The position numbers were made by a program, and so were the translations under genes. The notes under the pieces were generated by a model. The model worked only from the letters and a program-made list of their open reading frames with translations, was not told the origin of the DNA and made no database searches. Positions 53,918-63,851 of a stretch of 64,000 nt of DNA are shown here, one piece after another. Source of the stretch: an uncultured Acidobacteriota bacterium (GTDB lineage Bacteria; Acidobacteriota; Vicinamibacteria; Vicinamibacterales; CAVVIG01); assembly GCA_963697745.1 (NCBI GenBank), contig CAVOPD010000009.1, positions 20,898 through 84,897 of the forward strand. Direction: 5' to 3'. How positions within the stretch are numbered: position 1 is the first letter of the stretch; every line of letters begins with the position of its first letter.

Positions 53918-54493
53918 TCAGACCTTCAGCGACCCACGGAATCCCCGGGCGGCGTAGTAAGACTCCGCACCGTTGTGGTAGGTGAAGACGTGGTCATACC
54001 GGCGATCACAAAAAATCGCGCCGCCGAGTTTTCGAATCGCAGCCGGTGTGTCGACCCAGCTTGACGTCTTCGTATCGAACTCGCCGATGGTCTGCAACTC
54101 TCGATATTGTCCCTCCGTGAGAAGTTCGATGCCCATGGCGCTCGCCATCGCAACAGCGCTGTCTCCGGGCTTGTTCTCTTTCCTCGCCTCCAGCGCTTCG
54201 CGGTCGTAGCACACACTTCTCCGCCCTCGGGGACTCTCTGCCGAACAATCGTAGAAACAGAATTCGCCAGTTGCCTTGTCCTGTCCTACGACGTCCGGTT
54301 CACCGCCAGTCCTTTCCATTTCATGGAGTGACCACAGTTTGTCGGTATTCGCCTCCAGCTTTGCCTGGACTTTCACCCAATCGAGCCCTTGATGGCGGCT
54401 CACGTGCTTGTCGAAGCGCGCCTTCAAGACGCTGAGCAGTTCGGCCTGCTCGCTGCGTGACAGCGTCTTCTTCTGCTGAGTCATCCTGTTCAT
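53918..54493 (-). CDS. DUF4256 domain protein
   Basis: Intact 191-aa ORF. GGEPDVVGQDKATGEFCFYDCSAESPRGRRSVCYD...MGIELLTEGQYRELQ...TSSWVDTPAAIRKLGGAIFCDRRYDHVFTYHNGAESYYAARGFRGSLKV is text I recognise as DUF4256. Confidence 0.75.
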   Translation of the reverse strand: MNRMTQQKKTLSRSEQAELLSVLKARFDKHVSRHQGLDWVKVQAKLEANTDKLWSLHEMERTGGEPDVVGQDKATGEFCFYDCSAESPRGRRSVCYDREALEARKENKPGDSAVAMASAMGIELLTEGQYRELQTIGEFDTKTSSWVDTPAAIRKLGGAIFCDRRYDHVFTYHNGAESYYAARGFRGSLKV

Positions 54494-54531
54494 GCCGCGT
54501 TCACCTCAATGGAGTTGATTTGTTTGCGACG

Positions 54532-55209
54532 CTACCAGATGAACGGCAGCAGACGGAATCGCACGCGGCGCTGATACTCCGTGTACCCGGGCAATTCCTC
54601 CGCGAGCAGCCGCTCCTCGTCGAGGAGCCTCCAGACGAGGAACGGCATCATCAGCACCAGCGCCAGCAGCCCGCGGTACGAACCGAGCGCCAGCGGCGTG
54701 CCGATCAGGTACACCAGGGCACTCGCATACATCGGATGCCGGACGATGGCGTACGGGCCGGTTGTGATCACGCGCTGGTCTTCAACCACCTGGATCGTAG
54801 CCGAGGTGAACGTGTTCTCTCGATACACGCGCGCAACGAAACCGAAGCCGAGCACGAACAGCACGTCGCCGATGATCACGACGGGGAGGGGCACGTGAGA
54901 TCGCGTCAAACGAAACTCGAGCGCCGGGACGACGAGCAGGCCGACAAAGCCGAGCGAGGCGCCGGCCATGATGAATCGCTGCAGGGGACGGCGTTCCGCC
55001 ACGGGGCCGCCGGTCAGGCGTCGCTCCAGTAAAGCAGGGTCGCGACGCAGGAGATCGAGCGTAATGGCAGCGGACAATCCGAAGAACAGCACCAGGTACA
55101 CCCACGCCTGCCAATACCGCACCGTTCCCGCGCAGATGAACAGCAGCAGGCCCATGATCAGGACCAGCGCGGCAAGACTCAGCCATGCACGCAGGTTGAG
55201 AGTGGCCAT
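54532..55209 (-). CDS. Isoprenylcysteine carboxyl methyltransferase / phospholipid methyltransferase family membrane protein
   Basis: Intact 225-aa polytopic ORF with VITTGPYAIVRHPMYASALVYLIGTPLALGS...EERLLAEELPGYTEYQRRVRFRLLPFIW. Confidence 0.75.
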   Translation of the reverse strand: MATLNLRAWLSLAALVLIMGLLLFICAGTVRYWQAWVYLVLFFGLSAAITLDLLRRDPALLERRLTGGPVAERRPLQRFIMAGASLGFVGLLVVPALEFRLTRSHVPLPVVIIGDVLFVLGFGFVARVYRENTFTSATIQVVEDQRVITTGPYAIVRHPMYASALVYLIGTPLALGSYRGLLALVLMMPFLVWRLLDEERLLAEELPGYTEYQRRVRFRLLPFIW

Positions 55210-55279
55210 GCGGTGTCACCAGGTATGGCGTTCGCCGTAGCGGCACTCGCCGGCAAGGGGGTCGGAGAGCGCGTGATCG

Positions 55280-55711
55280 TCATGAGACCGCCGTCCGACG
55301 TTCTGCCGCACGCTTCAACGGTTCGATGACGTAGCGCCGCATTCTCGCGCGTACGAGCGGCTTCAAGATCGGTTCCGCAAGCGCATACGGCCACTTGATG
55401 CGCACCGCCGCGGTCAGCGTGTAGCGCATGCCGTCGCGCTCCGGAATGAAGCGGTTCACGAATGTCGCATCGTAGCGGCGCTTGAACTCACGCAGCTCGA
55501 TCTCGGTCAAAGATACGCGGCGCAGCAGATTCGTGACGTGTCCCGCCACGTGGACGACGTCGACGACCACGGCGTCCGCTTCGCGGCGGATCACCCGCGC
55601 AGAGCGGATCGTGCCGGCAAAGATTGACGGCCAGTTCTCCGGATCTTCGTAGAGCGCGCGAACGTGGCCGGCGGGCGCGTTCACGTGTTCGCTGATCGTG
55701 GCGTGAATCAT
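55280..55711 (-). CDS. SRPBCC (polyketide-cyclase/START-like) protein
   Basis: From the internal ATG at 55711: MIHATISEHVNAPAGHVRALYEDPENWPSIFAGTIRSARVIRREADAVVVDV...RYTLTAAVRIKWPYALAEPILKPLVRARMRRYVIEPLK. Confidence 0.65.
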   Translation of the reverse strand: MIHATISEHVNAPAGHVRALYEDPENWPSIFAGTIRSARVIRREADAVVVDVVHVAGHVTNLLRRVSLTEIELREFKRRYDATFVNRFIPERDGMRYTLTAAVRIKWPYALAEPILKPLVRARMRRYVIEPLKRAAERRTAVS

Positions 55712-55939
55712 CGGTCGTCCCCCGTGCAGCCTCGTAGCCGCCGCGACATCACACGGGCCCACGCACCCGGGTCGGCCACTGCCCTTGCGAGCGGTCCTGA
55801 ATATTGCGACGCTCGGTGCGTGCGTCGGGTTCCGCCTTTGCGGTGCCGCATGCGCAGACGCGGCTGATCGTGTCCAAAGCGGCGGTTGGAGTATCGGGTT
55901 CCAACGATCATTCCCAGCACGGGCGTATGGCGCTTGATG

Positions 55940-56836
55940 CTAGAGCACGGCGATATGCAGCTCGCGCAGGCGAACAGGATCTGCAATGACCTCAACCTTC
56001 GTGACCCTGCCGCTCGCGAAGGTAAAGGTCAGCACCCGGGACAGCTTGCCGCCCGGCGCGAGGATCAGTCCGACCGATCCGTCGATGATCGCCGGCTCGA
56101 CGAATCGCAGCCCGCGCGAGAGCGCGATGAACTGGTGCGCCCAGCGGGACGCGCCCCTGACCTCGCGCGCCATCCCGGCCTCCTCGGGCGGGGCGTCGAT
56201 GCGAGCCGCGGCATCGATGCGAACGACCGCGTCCGGGTCGAGGACGGCGAGTAGGCCCTCGAGGTCGCCTGCGCGCGCCGCGCTCAGAAACGCCTCCACT
56301 ATTTCGCGCTGACGAGCCCTGCCGGCTTCCGATGGTGCCCGCACGCCGCGTACGCGCCGACGCGCGCGGCTCGCCAACTGCTTCGCCGCGGCGGGCGACC
56401 GTCCGATGATGGAACCGATCTCGGCGAATGGCAGGGCGAACAGATCGTGCAAGACGAACGCAAGGCGTTCGCCGGGCGTCAGCGTCTCGAGTACGACGAG
56501 CAGCGCGACGCCGACGGAGTCCGCGAGCACCACCTCGCCTTCGGGATTGGCGCCCGGACCGCTCATCGCGCTCGGCTCGGCGACCTGTGCCGACATCGGC
56601 TCTTCGCGGCGTGACTTCCGCGACCGCAAGATGTCCAGACATACGCGCGAGACGACGGTCGTCAGCCAGCCGCCCAGGTTGTCGACCGTGACCGCGTCGA
56701 TGCGGTTCAGGCGCAGCCACGCCTCCTGCACGGCGTCCTCGGCCTCGCTCAGCGATCCGAGCATGCGATACGCGACTCCACGGAGCCGAAGGCGGTTCTC
56801 CTCGAACCGTTCGGTCAACCACGTCTGCTGGTCCAT
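55940..56836 (-). CDS. ECF sigma factor with a C-terminal SnoaL-like extension (ECF41 / SigJ-like)
   Basis: Intact 298-aa ORF. FEENRLRLRGVAYRMLGSLSEAEDAVQEAWLRL...GWLTTVVSRVCLDILRSR...LTPGERLAFVLHDLFALPFAEIGSIIGRSPAAAKQLASRARRRV is followed by a tail of about 110 aa, REIVEAFLSAARAGDLEGLLAVLDPDAVV.... Confidence 0.85.
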   Translation of the reverse strand: MDQQTWLTERFEENRLRLRGVAYRMLGSLSEAEDAVQEAWLRLNRIDAVTVDNLGGWLTTVVSRVCLDILRSRKSRREEPMSAQVAEPSAMSGPGANPEGEVVLADSVGVALLVVLETLTPGERLAFVLHDLFALPFAEIGSIIGRSPAAAKQLASRARRRVRGVRAPSEAGRARQREIVEAFLSAARAGDLEGLLAVLDPDAVVRIDAAARIDAPPEEAGMAREVRGASRWAHQFIALSRGLRFVEPAIIDGSVGLILAPGGKLSRVLTFTFASGRVTKVEVIADPVRLRELHIAVL

Positions 56837-56907
56837 GTTACGTTCCTGCCCTCTACTCCGTCATACCTCTGACGAATGACAGCCGGTAGAGGTGACAGGA
56901 GGATGCT

Positions 56908-57390
56908 ATGCAGTCGCGAAAACCCGCAACACCGATGATTCTCCCAGCAGCGACCCAGGCGCAGCTCGAGCCGCGCAAGCCGTACCATCGCGCGCGGACC
57001 GCAATATGCGTCATGGCCGGCGGGTGCCTCCTCGCGGCGACACCGGCGAGTGCCGCCAGTGGTATCGGCCTCGGCACCGGGCGAGTCGTGCCGGCCGTTG
57101 CCGCGATAGTGGGGCTGATCGGCATGGTCCTCGGTGGGCTGGCGGTGGCCCGCGCCGCCCGTCGCATCGGCCCCGGCAAGGGACGACGCGGAGCTGTCGC
57201 AGCTGCCGTCGCGGGGTTGATCAGCGTGGTCGTCGGCGGGCTGCATGCCGCGAACGCCGCCGGCGGTATCGGCACCGGCAACGGACTCGCCGGCGCCATC
57301 GTCGCAATGGTGGTTGGGTCGATCAGCATGGGCCTGGGTGGGCTGGCTCTGACGCGCTCCCGACGCACCGCTGACCGGCTGACCGCCTGA
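56908..57390 (+). CDS. Glycine-rich small membrane protein, divergent from the ECF41-like sigma
   Basis: Three Gly/Ala-rich TM segments: VPAVAAIVGLIGMVLGGLAV, AVAAAVAGLISVVVGGL, LAGAIVAMVVGSISMGLGGLAL. The true start may be internal. Family uncertain. Confidence 0.5.
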   Translation: MQSRKPATPMILPAATQAQLEPRKPYHRARTAICVMAGGCLLAATPASAASGIGLGTGRVVPAVAAIVGLIGMVLGGLAVARAARRIGPGKGRRGAVAAAVAGLISVVVGGLHAANAAGGIGTGNGLAGAIVAMVVGSISMGLGGLALTRSRRTADRLTA

Positions 57391-57672
57391 GGCAAGACAT
57401 AGTCGCGCCACACGTCTCAACGGCCCGAGACGTCGCTCGTAAACATGACGAGCCCGAGTGTCACCGAGACAGTGACGATCGTTCAGACGCCGCCTTGCCG
57501 TCCAGGGTGTATGAACCGCCTCCCCAGAGGCTGTCCACATCCACGGACGCAGACTTCGACTTCGACGGATTCACCGGCAGCTTGTAGCGAATGTGCCAGC
57601 GGCTGTCCGTCAGCTGTCCCTGGAGCCACTGCGCTGGACATCTTCATGTCCGGATCGCGATATACGAACGTG

Positions 57673-59356
57673 TCAACGCCAGGCGCCGAGAATCGAAGCT
57701 GCGTGGGTTTCGGGATTGATCTCGAACCTGGCCGCGCCATCGCTGACCACATACGTCCACTCGGGAAGAATCTCCGGGACGGTGTCGGACGGCGGGCGGC
57801 GGATGTGGGTCGCCTGCTCCCATGAATACGCGAAGCCGAGGAGATCGCTCTCGGTGAACTCGCGCCCGAGGAACTCCATGCCGACCGGAATGCCGTCCGC
57901 AGTGAAACCGGCCGGCACTGAAATCGCCGGCAGCCCCGACTGCGCGCTTACACGGCAGTTGCTGCCCGGCTGATTGGTGGACGGGAACCGGAACCGGCTT
58001 CTGTCGAATCGTCGGATACACCAGGCCATCGAGGTTGTTGGCATTCATGGCGTCCACGAGCGCCTGCTTGAAGACCTCGCGCCCGGCAAGACGGTCCTGA
58101 TACGCCGGCAGCGACGTGTTCAGGGCGAGCGCATTCGTCAGCAGGGTCTGCAGTGTCGGATGGTACAGGCCCGAGTTGACGATGTCCTGCAGCGTCTTGA
58201 ACGGCGCCGCTGGAGTCGCGGCCAGATACGCGTCGAGGTTCTCCTTGAACTCGTAGGCGATGACCGACGTGTTGCTGACCGTCGCGTAGTTGGGAATCGC
58301 CACGTCGACGACGGTCGCGCCGAGGGCCTCCAATTCGCCTCTCGCCGCCAGGATGACGTCCGCGACTTCCTGGTCCTCCGGCGTGGTCACCAGCGCATCG
58401 GTGAGCAGCCCGAAGCGCGCACGCTTCAGCCTGCCGGCCCTGAGGGCGTCTGTGTAACTGCGTGGCGTGTGGTCCAGGCTGATCCCGGTCGCCGGATCAT
58501 TCGGATCGAAGCCTGCCGTCGCGTCGAGTACAACGGCGATGTCCTCGACTGATCGTGCAAGCGGTCCGCCGACGTCCTGCGTGAGCGCCAGCGGAATGAT
58601 GCCGTCACGGCTGAACAGGCTCTGCGTCACCCGGAGGCCGACGAGGCTGTTGTGAGACGACGGGATGCGGATGGAGCCGCACGTATCGCTCCCCATGCCG
58701 AAGACGGCGAAGTTCGCAGCCACCGCTGCCCCGGTGCCACCGCTCGAGCCGCCAGGATTGCGCGTGAGGTCGTAGGGGTTCAACGTCTGACCGCCCAGCG
58801 AGCTGATGCTGGTGATGCCGTACGCGAACTCGTGCATGTTGGTCTTCCCGATGAAGACCGCACCCGCCTCGCGCAGTCGCCGCACCAGGTACGCATCGTC
58901 TGGCGGGACGGTGCCCGCCAGCGACAGCGATGCAGCTGCCGTGGGCATGTCGTCAGTGTCGTAGTTGTCCTTCAGCACGACCGGGATCCCGTGCAACGGA
59001 CCGCGAGAGCCCTGCGTCCGGCGCTCGGCGTCGAGTGCCTGCGCGTCGGCCAGCGCATTCGGGTTCAAGTAGATCATCGCGTTGAGGGCGGGGCCTGTCT
59101 TGTCATACGCCGCGATGCGCGCGAGGTACATCTGAACCAGTTCCTCGGACGTGACGGTACCGCTCTCGAGCGCTTTCTGCGTCTCCAGAATGGTCGCTTC
59201 CATGAAGCGGAATGGCACCTTGGACTTCGCGAGCACGACCGCTGTCGGTTGTTGCCAGATCAGCGTGGTGCTGCTTGCCACGACCACGAGCGACGCGGCG
59301 AGGACGTTGCGGAGTCGGGTCTGACCGGCGGCGCGAGCGAGCGATGGCCAATGCAT
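57673..59356 (-). pseudogene. Amidase-signature (AS) family amidase, secreted-type N-terminus; one frame change near 57985-58000
   Basis: From ATG at 59356: MHWPSLARAAGQTRLRNVLAASLVVVASS.... The AS text is GPLHGIPVVLKDNYDT...GKTNMHEFA...NPGGSSGGTGAAVAANFAVFGMGSDTCGSIRIPSS. The C-terminus continues in ORF 57673..58044 (GLPAISVPAGFTADGIPVGMEFLGREFTESDLLGFAYSWEQ). Confidence 0.8.
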
Positions 59357-59460
59357 CAGGACCTCCGTGACGTGGTGACGGGCCCAATGCGCGCAGGATG
59401 ATGACTGTGCGTGCTGGGTCGTCAGGATCGCGGGCAGTCTAGCGGCGTCGTGCGGCGAAC

Positions 59461-60033
59461 TCAATGCGCATGCGCCGACTCGGAGGCCGGCACTCGGCCG
59501 CGATCGAACGTCACCGGCGTACCGCCAACGACGACACGCGTACAGGCCTTGCCGTGGCCAAGAGCGTACTTGACGGTTGGATACATTCGCGCCGCGGTCA
59601 TCGCAAACGCCAGGCTCACAAGGGCGCGGGGGCCCCAGCGCTTCACGATCGCCTCGCGATACTCATCAGCTGTCGCATCATGCGCGAGCGTGGCGCGCGT
59701 GAATCTCCAGACCAGCGCCACGTCGGACGGCATCGCGTCGGGGTTCTCGTCGAGCACGGCGCGCAGAACCGCAGGGCTCACACCGGCACGCTCCGCCATC
59801 GTGACGCTGAGTTGCGTGCATGGGCCGCAGTCCTCGTGGCGCACCGCGGTGATGCCGGCGGCGCACCACGCCTCGATCGGGATGTCACGACGGAATCGTC
59901 CAAGGGCGTTGGCACGGGCAAAGAGCCACGCGGCCCGAGGACTCGCGTCGATGATGTCGCGCATGTAACTCGCGTCGTAGTTCCAGTCGCGCTCGAACTT
60001 GTCGATCGCTTTGCGCAAAGCCCATCTCAGCAT
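59461..60033 (-). CDS. AhpD-like / carboxymuconolactone-decarboxylase-superfamily protein
   Basis: From the internal ATG at 60033: MLRWALRKAIDKFERDWNYDASYMRDIIDASPRAAWLF...ITAVRHEDCGPCTQLSVTMAERAGVSPAVLRAVL, with a CxxC in the expected helical context. The family call is moderate. Confidence 0.65.
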   Translation of the reverse strand: MLRWALRKAIDKFERDWNYDASYMRDIIDASPRAAWLFARANALGRFRRDIPIEAWCAAGITAVRHEDCGPCTQLSVTMAERAGVSPAVLRAVLDENPDAMPSDVALVWRFTRATLAHDATADEYREAIVKRWGPRALVSLAFAMTAARMYPTVKYALGHGKACTRVVVGGTPVTFDRGRVPASESAHAH

Positions 60034-60040
60034 GTCCGTG

Positions 60041-60082
60041 CTCCAGTTCTCCAGTTCCCGGTTCTCCAGTTCTGTAGTTCTC
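60041..60082. repeat. Imperfect 8-nt tandem repeat (about 5 units) immediately 5' of the minus-strand AhpD-like gene
   Basis: The + strand reads CTCCAGTT CTCCAGTT CCCGGTT CTCCAGTT CTGTAGTT CTC. On the coding strand this gives repeated GGAG-containing units. Confidence 0.6.
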
Positions 60083-60244
60083 AAACAGTAAGACGGGACA
60101 GGGTCTCGGAGTGTGACATCGGCCTCGACCGACCGGCGATGCTGGACACTCCCGCAAAGTACAAGAATCTGGATGGGGGTCTGCGCCGAATGGATTCACC
60201 ATTCGCGGGCGCTGCTGCATCACCTACAATGGCTAACTCAGCTG

Positions 60245-61298
60245 ATGCGCACGCGTGAGCGGCCCCAGAATTATGCCTTCGCCGCAACGTTCGCACTGGT
60301 GGCGCTGGGAACTCGCGCGCTGCTGCAACCGTGGCTCGGGTCTATGCAGCCGTACGCATCCGGCTACGCGGCGATTGCCGCGGCCGTGTGGTTTTTCGGC
60401 TGGCGGCCCGGATTGCTGGCAGCGGTGATCTGCTATCTGGGCGGAACGTTCCTGTTCGTGGGACCGTCCGGTCTTGGAGTTCTGACCACGCCGCAGGGCC
60501 TCGCGGCTGTCACGGTCTTTTCCTTTTCCGCGGGTCTCATCATTACCATCGGCCATCGCGCTCGACTCGCCGAACGCAAGCTTGCCGAAGCCAATGAACT
60601 GCTGCGCGAGACGGATCGGAAGAAGGACCAGTTCCTGGCCACCCTGTCGCACGAACTCCGCAATCCGGTCGGGGTGATCTCCTCGGCCGTGGCCACGCTG
60701 GAAACCAGCGAACAGCCCGATGCGCGCGCGCGCGCCACCATCGCCATTCTGGCGCGTCAGGCGGCCCAGATCCGCCGCCTGGTCGACGACCTGCTCGATG
60801 TGGGGCGCATCACCCGCGGGCGTCTGGCCCTGCATCCCGAACGGGTGGATGTCCGCACCTGCGTGGAACACGCCGCCGAAGCCAGCCGCGACGCCCTTGC
60901 CCGCAAACGGCAAACGCTCGTCACATCGCTGCCAGAGCAGCCGGTGGACTTACGGGTCGATCATGCGCGCATCGTGCAGGTGGTGTCGAACCTGATCGAC
61001 AACGCCTCGAAGTACATCGCCCGAGCAGGCTGATATCCGCATCACGCTGGTCGACGGTTCAGAGGTCACCATCGATGTGACGGACAACGGGCCAGGGATC
61101 GACGAGCAGGTGCTGCCACACGTGTTCGACCTCTTCGATCAGGGAGGGGCATCGGCGTCGGGCGGCCTGGGCCTGGGGCTGGGCCTCTGCAAACGAATCG
61201 TCGAAATGCACGGCGGGACGATCGCCGCCGGGCGCAACCCGCTGGGCGAGGGAACCAGCTTTCTCGTTACGCTGCCAAAGACTCCTTTGCACTGTTAA
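60245..61298 (+). pseudogene. Sensor histidine kinase with a DUF4118-like membrane N-terminus; one frame change near 61020; no adjacent response regulator
   Basis: MRTRERPQNYAFAATFALVALGTRALLQPWLG...AAVWFFGWRPGLLAAVICYLGG. The H-box is DQFLATLSHELRNPVG. The N-box is IVQVVSNLIDNASKY. After the shift comes TDNGPGIDEQVLPHVFDLFDQG...GLGLGLGLCKRIVEMHGGTI. Confidence 0.8.
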
Positions 61299-61879
61299 TG
61301 TGCGTCGGCGATGTCGGGTGTTGCGAGCTTCGCGCGGATGGCGATCGCCTGGGCCGGCAGAAAGGCCGGGATGGTGACGATACGTCGGGTCCAGCGCGCC
61401 TGCATCAGTCCCGAATCCGTGTGGCTGTCTTCGGGAAGCAACATGTGCCCGATCTCATGGGCCAGCACCAGCGCGAGCGCCCTGTCCGGGTCGCTCTTGG
61501 TATGCCTCGCGTGCTCGACAATGCGCGCATAGAAAATCGACGCCCGTCTCGTGATACGGCTCGCCTTGCCAAACGCGAGCGGATCAGCGAGTCCCACCGC
61601 GGTCATGGCCTCCGTGAGGATCACCACATCCAGGTGGAAGTTGCCGTCAGCGCGAGCTTCCCTCGCGTTGCCATCGGTCCACAGGAGGCGAACACCGATT
61701 CGTGCGTAGACTCGAGCGGCGAGCGACTCCGCCTGGATGAGTCGTCTGGGGCTCACCTTCTGGTAGTCCCTGACGTGTAAGACCACTGTGGCTACCGTCA
61801 ACGGTTCGGCCGCCAGAGCTGTCGAGGTGCCGCCGGCAACCGCAATTGCGCACGCCACTGCCGCCCAGGTCCCCGCCAT
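61295..61879 (-). CDS. Secreted hypothetical protein with an HExxH zinc-metallopeptidase-like motif
   Basis: The signal-like N-terminus is MAGTWAAVACAIAVAGGTSTALAA. The motif is LVLAHEIGHMLLPEDSHTDSGLM. The 3' end overlaps the kinase stop by 4 nt (convergent). No family recognised. Confidence 0.5.
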   Translation of the reverse strand: MAGTWAAVACAIAVAGGTSTALAAEPLTVATVVLHVRDYQKVSPRRLIQAESLAARVYARIGVRLLWTDGNAREARADGNFHLDVVILTEAMTAVGLADPLAFGKASRITRRASIFYARIVEHARHTKSDPDRALALVLAHEIGHMLLPEDSHTDSGLMQARWTRRIVTIPAFLPAQAIAIRAKLATPDIADAH

Positions 61880-61966
61880 GGTCGGTCCCTCCCTGGCAGA
61901 AGAGGCGGGAAACGGGACTCGGAAATGGCACCGTGACCGAGGTGAAGGCGACGACGCCTTGAATTC

Positions 61967-62119
61967 TTAGAAGTTCTTCGGTGGCTCGTCTTTCCCTTCG
62001 GCGTGGTGCTGCTCGACCATCGCTCGCTGGCCAGCCTTCGAGAAGTAGAGCTCCCAGGCGATAAAACCGCCGATGAGCACTACGGCCAGAATCAAGGCAG
62101 GAATCACCAGAGCTCCCAT
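61967..62119 (-). CDS. Possible 50-aa single-TM peptide
   Basis: Hand translation gives MGALVIPALILAVVLIGGFIAWELYFSKAGQRAMVEQHHAEGKDEPPKNF. It is below the ORF-track cut-off and has weak support. Confidence 0.3.
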   Translation of the reverse strand: MGALVIPALILAVVLIGGFIAWELYFSKAGQRAMVEQHHAEGKDEPPKNF

Positions 62120-62152
62120 AGTGCGATTGAGCTAGCAATCGCCGAGCCGTTG

Positions 62153-62698
62153 TCAACGGCTCAACCACGGCACCAGTGCCGTGAACGCCATACGCATCTG
62201 CTCATAGCTGAAATTCGCGTTGCGTCCACTCGGATTCGGCAGGACGAACACCATCGATCCCTCGAACAGCTCCTGCTGAAGGCCGAGGGACACGGGCATC
62301 GCCTGTCGTTTCTGGAACACGAACCGGTACAACGTGACCCCGACAAATGCCACGACCGTGGGTTTCCAGCGGCGCACCTTCATGCGAAGTTGAGCGAGGC
62401 CGTCCTCGTACTCGTCACGCCTGAGCGTGTCGATTCCTGGGGTCGGTCGCGGGATGAGGTTGGTGACCCCCAAGCCCCACTCAGGAAGCCTGTGGTCGTC
62501 GACATAGGTGATCCGTTCGGGCACGAGGCCCGAGTCGAACAGCAACTTCCAGAACCTGTTCGAGGGACCGGCGAAATGATGGTTGGTCAGGGCAGAGCGG
62601 ACGCCGGATTGATCCCGACGAGCAGGACGCGTACGCCAGCATGCACACGGTCGGTGAGGCGCAGCGAGGAGATGTCCGGAGCGTCCATGGCGCGGGCC
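62153..62698 (-). pseudogene. mug: G:T/U mismatch-specific DNA glycosylase (Mug/TDG family) with a frame change near 62600
   Basis: The N-terminus (hand-translated from ATG at 62698) reads MDAPDISSLRLTDRVHAGVRVLLVGINPA...HHFAGPSNRFWKLLFDSGLV. ORF 62153..62545 follows: ...GVTNLIPRPT...VVAFVGVTLY...MVFVLPNPSGRNANFSYEQM. Confidence 0.75.
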
Positions 62699-62781
62699 GG
62701 CGAGAGTCGCGCGGGAGCGATGCGGTGGCGGGAAGAGCCTCGCGCACGAGAGACCCTTCCCGCTCGAACGTGCAGCCGTAC

Positions 62782-63831
62782 CTACTTGCTTTCCTTGAAG
62801 CCTGGCGGGACTGCCACTTCCTCTGCGCTGACCGTGGTGGCAACCTTCAGCGTTTCAGTCGTGGTGGTCATGACCGTGACCCGGTCCTTCGGGCCTGCCG
62901 CGGCGGCATCATCGTTCGCTTTCTTCTGCGCCATGCGCTTCCCGAAGCCGCCGATCAGTCCGCTCACGCTGGTCGGAGGCGGGCTGCTGGCCGATTTGGT
63001 CTCGCCCGCGGAGTTCTGCTCGGCCGCGATCTGCTCGGCCGACTTCACCGCGTCCATCGTCGTCACGGTAAGGACGGGGGTGCCCTGGAGCTTGCTGCCT
63101 TCGGCGGCCATCTTCTCGATCGCCGGCTTCATCATCGGATACATCGCCATGGCCGATGCCATGTCCTGAGGCGAGGCGCCGGAAATCATCGGCCCGTAGA
63201 GCGCCTTGGCGTAGCGGATGTCGAAGTCGACCACTTCCTTCATGGCCGGAATCGACGGTGTCAGCCACATGTCGCTGGTGACGACCATGCCGCCACTCTG
63301 CTGCAGCGTCTTGCCCTTTTCACGGACCGTGATGGTCATGATCGCCTGGCTGGTGCTGAAGCCGTTGATGTCCTTCTTCTCCCCGGTGTTCTTCACGTCG
63401 AAGTCGATTTCGTACTGGGTGGCGTCAGGATCCTGCTTCGCCGGTTCGGCCTTCTTCTCGGACGGCGTTTCCTTCGCCGCTTCCTCCTGCGCTCTCTTGC
63501 GCGCTTCTTCCATCTGGCGGCGCACGTCGGCGAAGGTCGTCACCGTGTAGGACTTCTTCTTGATATCGAGGTCGTAGATCTTCTCCTCGGAGAGATCGAC
63601 GATCTGACCGGTGGTGTCGGTCATCGTCATCTTGCGGTTGCCCTTCACGGCGACCGTCGAGGTGACGCCTTCACGCGCGGCCTTGCCGCCGAAAAAATTC
63701 ACCACCTTGCCGAGCGCCCCGGCGAGCTGGAATTTCGTTTTCTGGTCGGAACGAACGTCGGCCCTCAGTGTCTGGGTGTAAAGCAGCGCGCAAGACGCCA
63801 CGAGCACAAGGGCTGTGCGGGAACGAAACAT
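62782..63831 (-). CDS. Secreted hypothetical protein (Lys/Glu/Thr-rich)
   Basis: Intact 349-aa ORF with the signal peptide MFRSRTALVLVASCALLYTQTLRA. The composition is protein-like, and the antisense 388-aa ORF is clearly spurious. No family recognised. Confidence 0.55.
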   Translation of the reverse strand: MFRSRTALVLVASCALLYTQTLRADVRSDQKTKFQLAGALGKVVNFFGGKAAREGVTSTVAVKGNRKMTMTDTTGQIVDLSEEKIYDLDIKKKSYTVTTFADVRRQMEEARKRAQEEAAKETPSEKKAEPAKQDPDATQYEIDFDVKNTGEKKDINGFSTSQAIMTITVREKGKTLQQSGGMVVTSDMWLTPSIPAMKEVVDFDIRYAKALYGPMISGASPQDMASAMAMYPMMKPAIEKMAAEGSKLQGTPVLTVTTMDAVKSAEQIAAEQNSAGETKSASSPPPTSVSGLIGGFGKRMAQKKANDDAAAAGPKDRVTVMTTTTETLKVATTVSAEEVAVPPGFKESK

Positions 63832-63851
63832 GACAACCTCCGGTCGAAATT

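Noticed and set aside
62003-63169. A 388-aa + strand ORF.
   Set aside because: It is antisense to the Mug glycosylase and the secreted 349-aa protein, and its composition is not protein-like.
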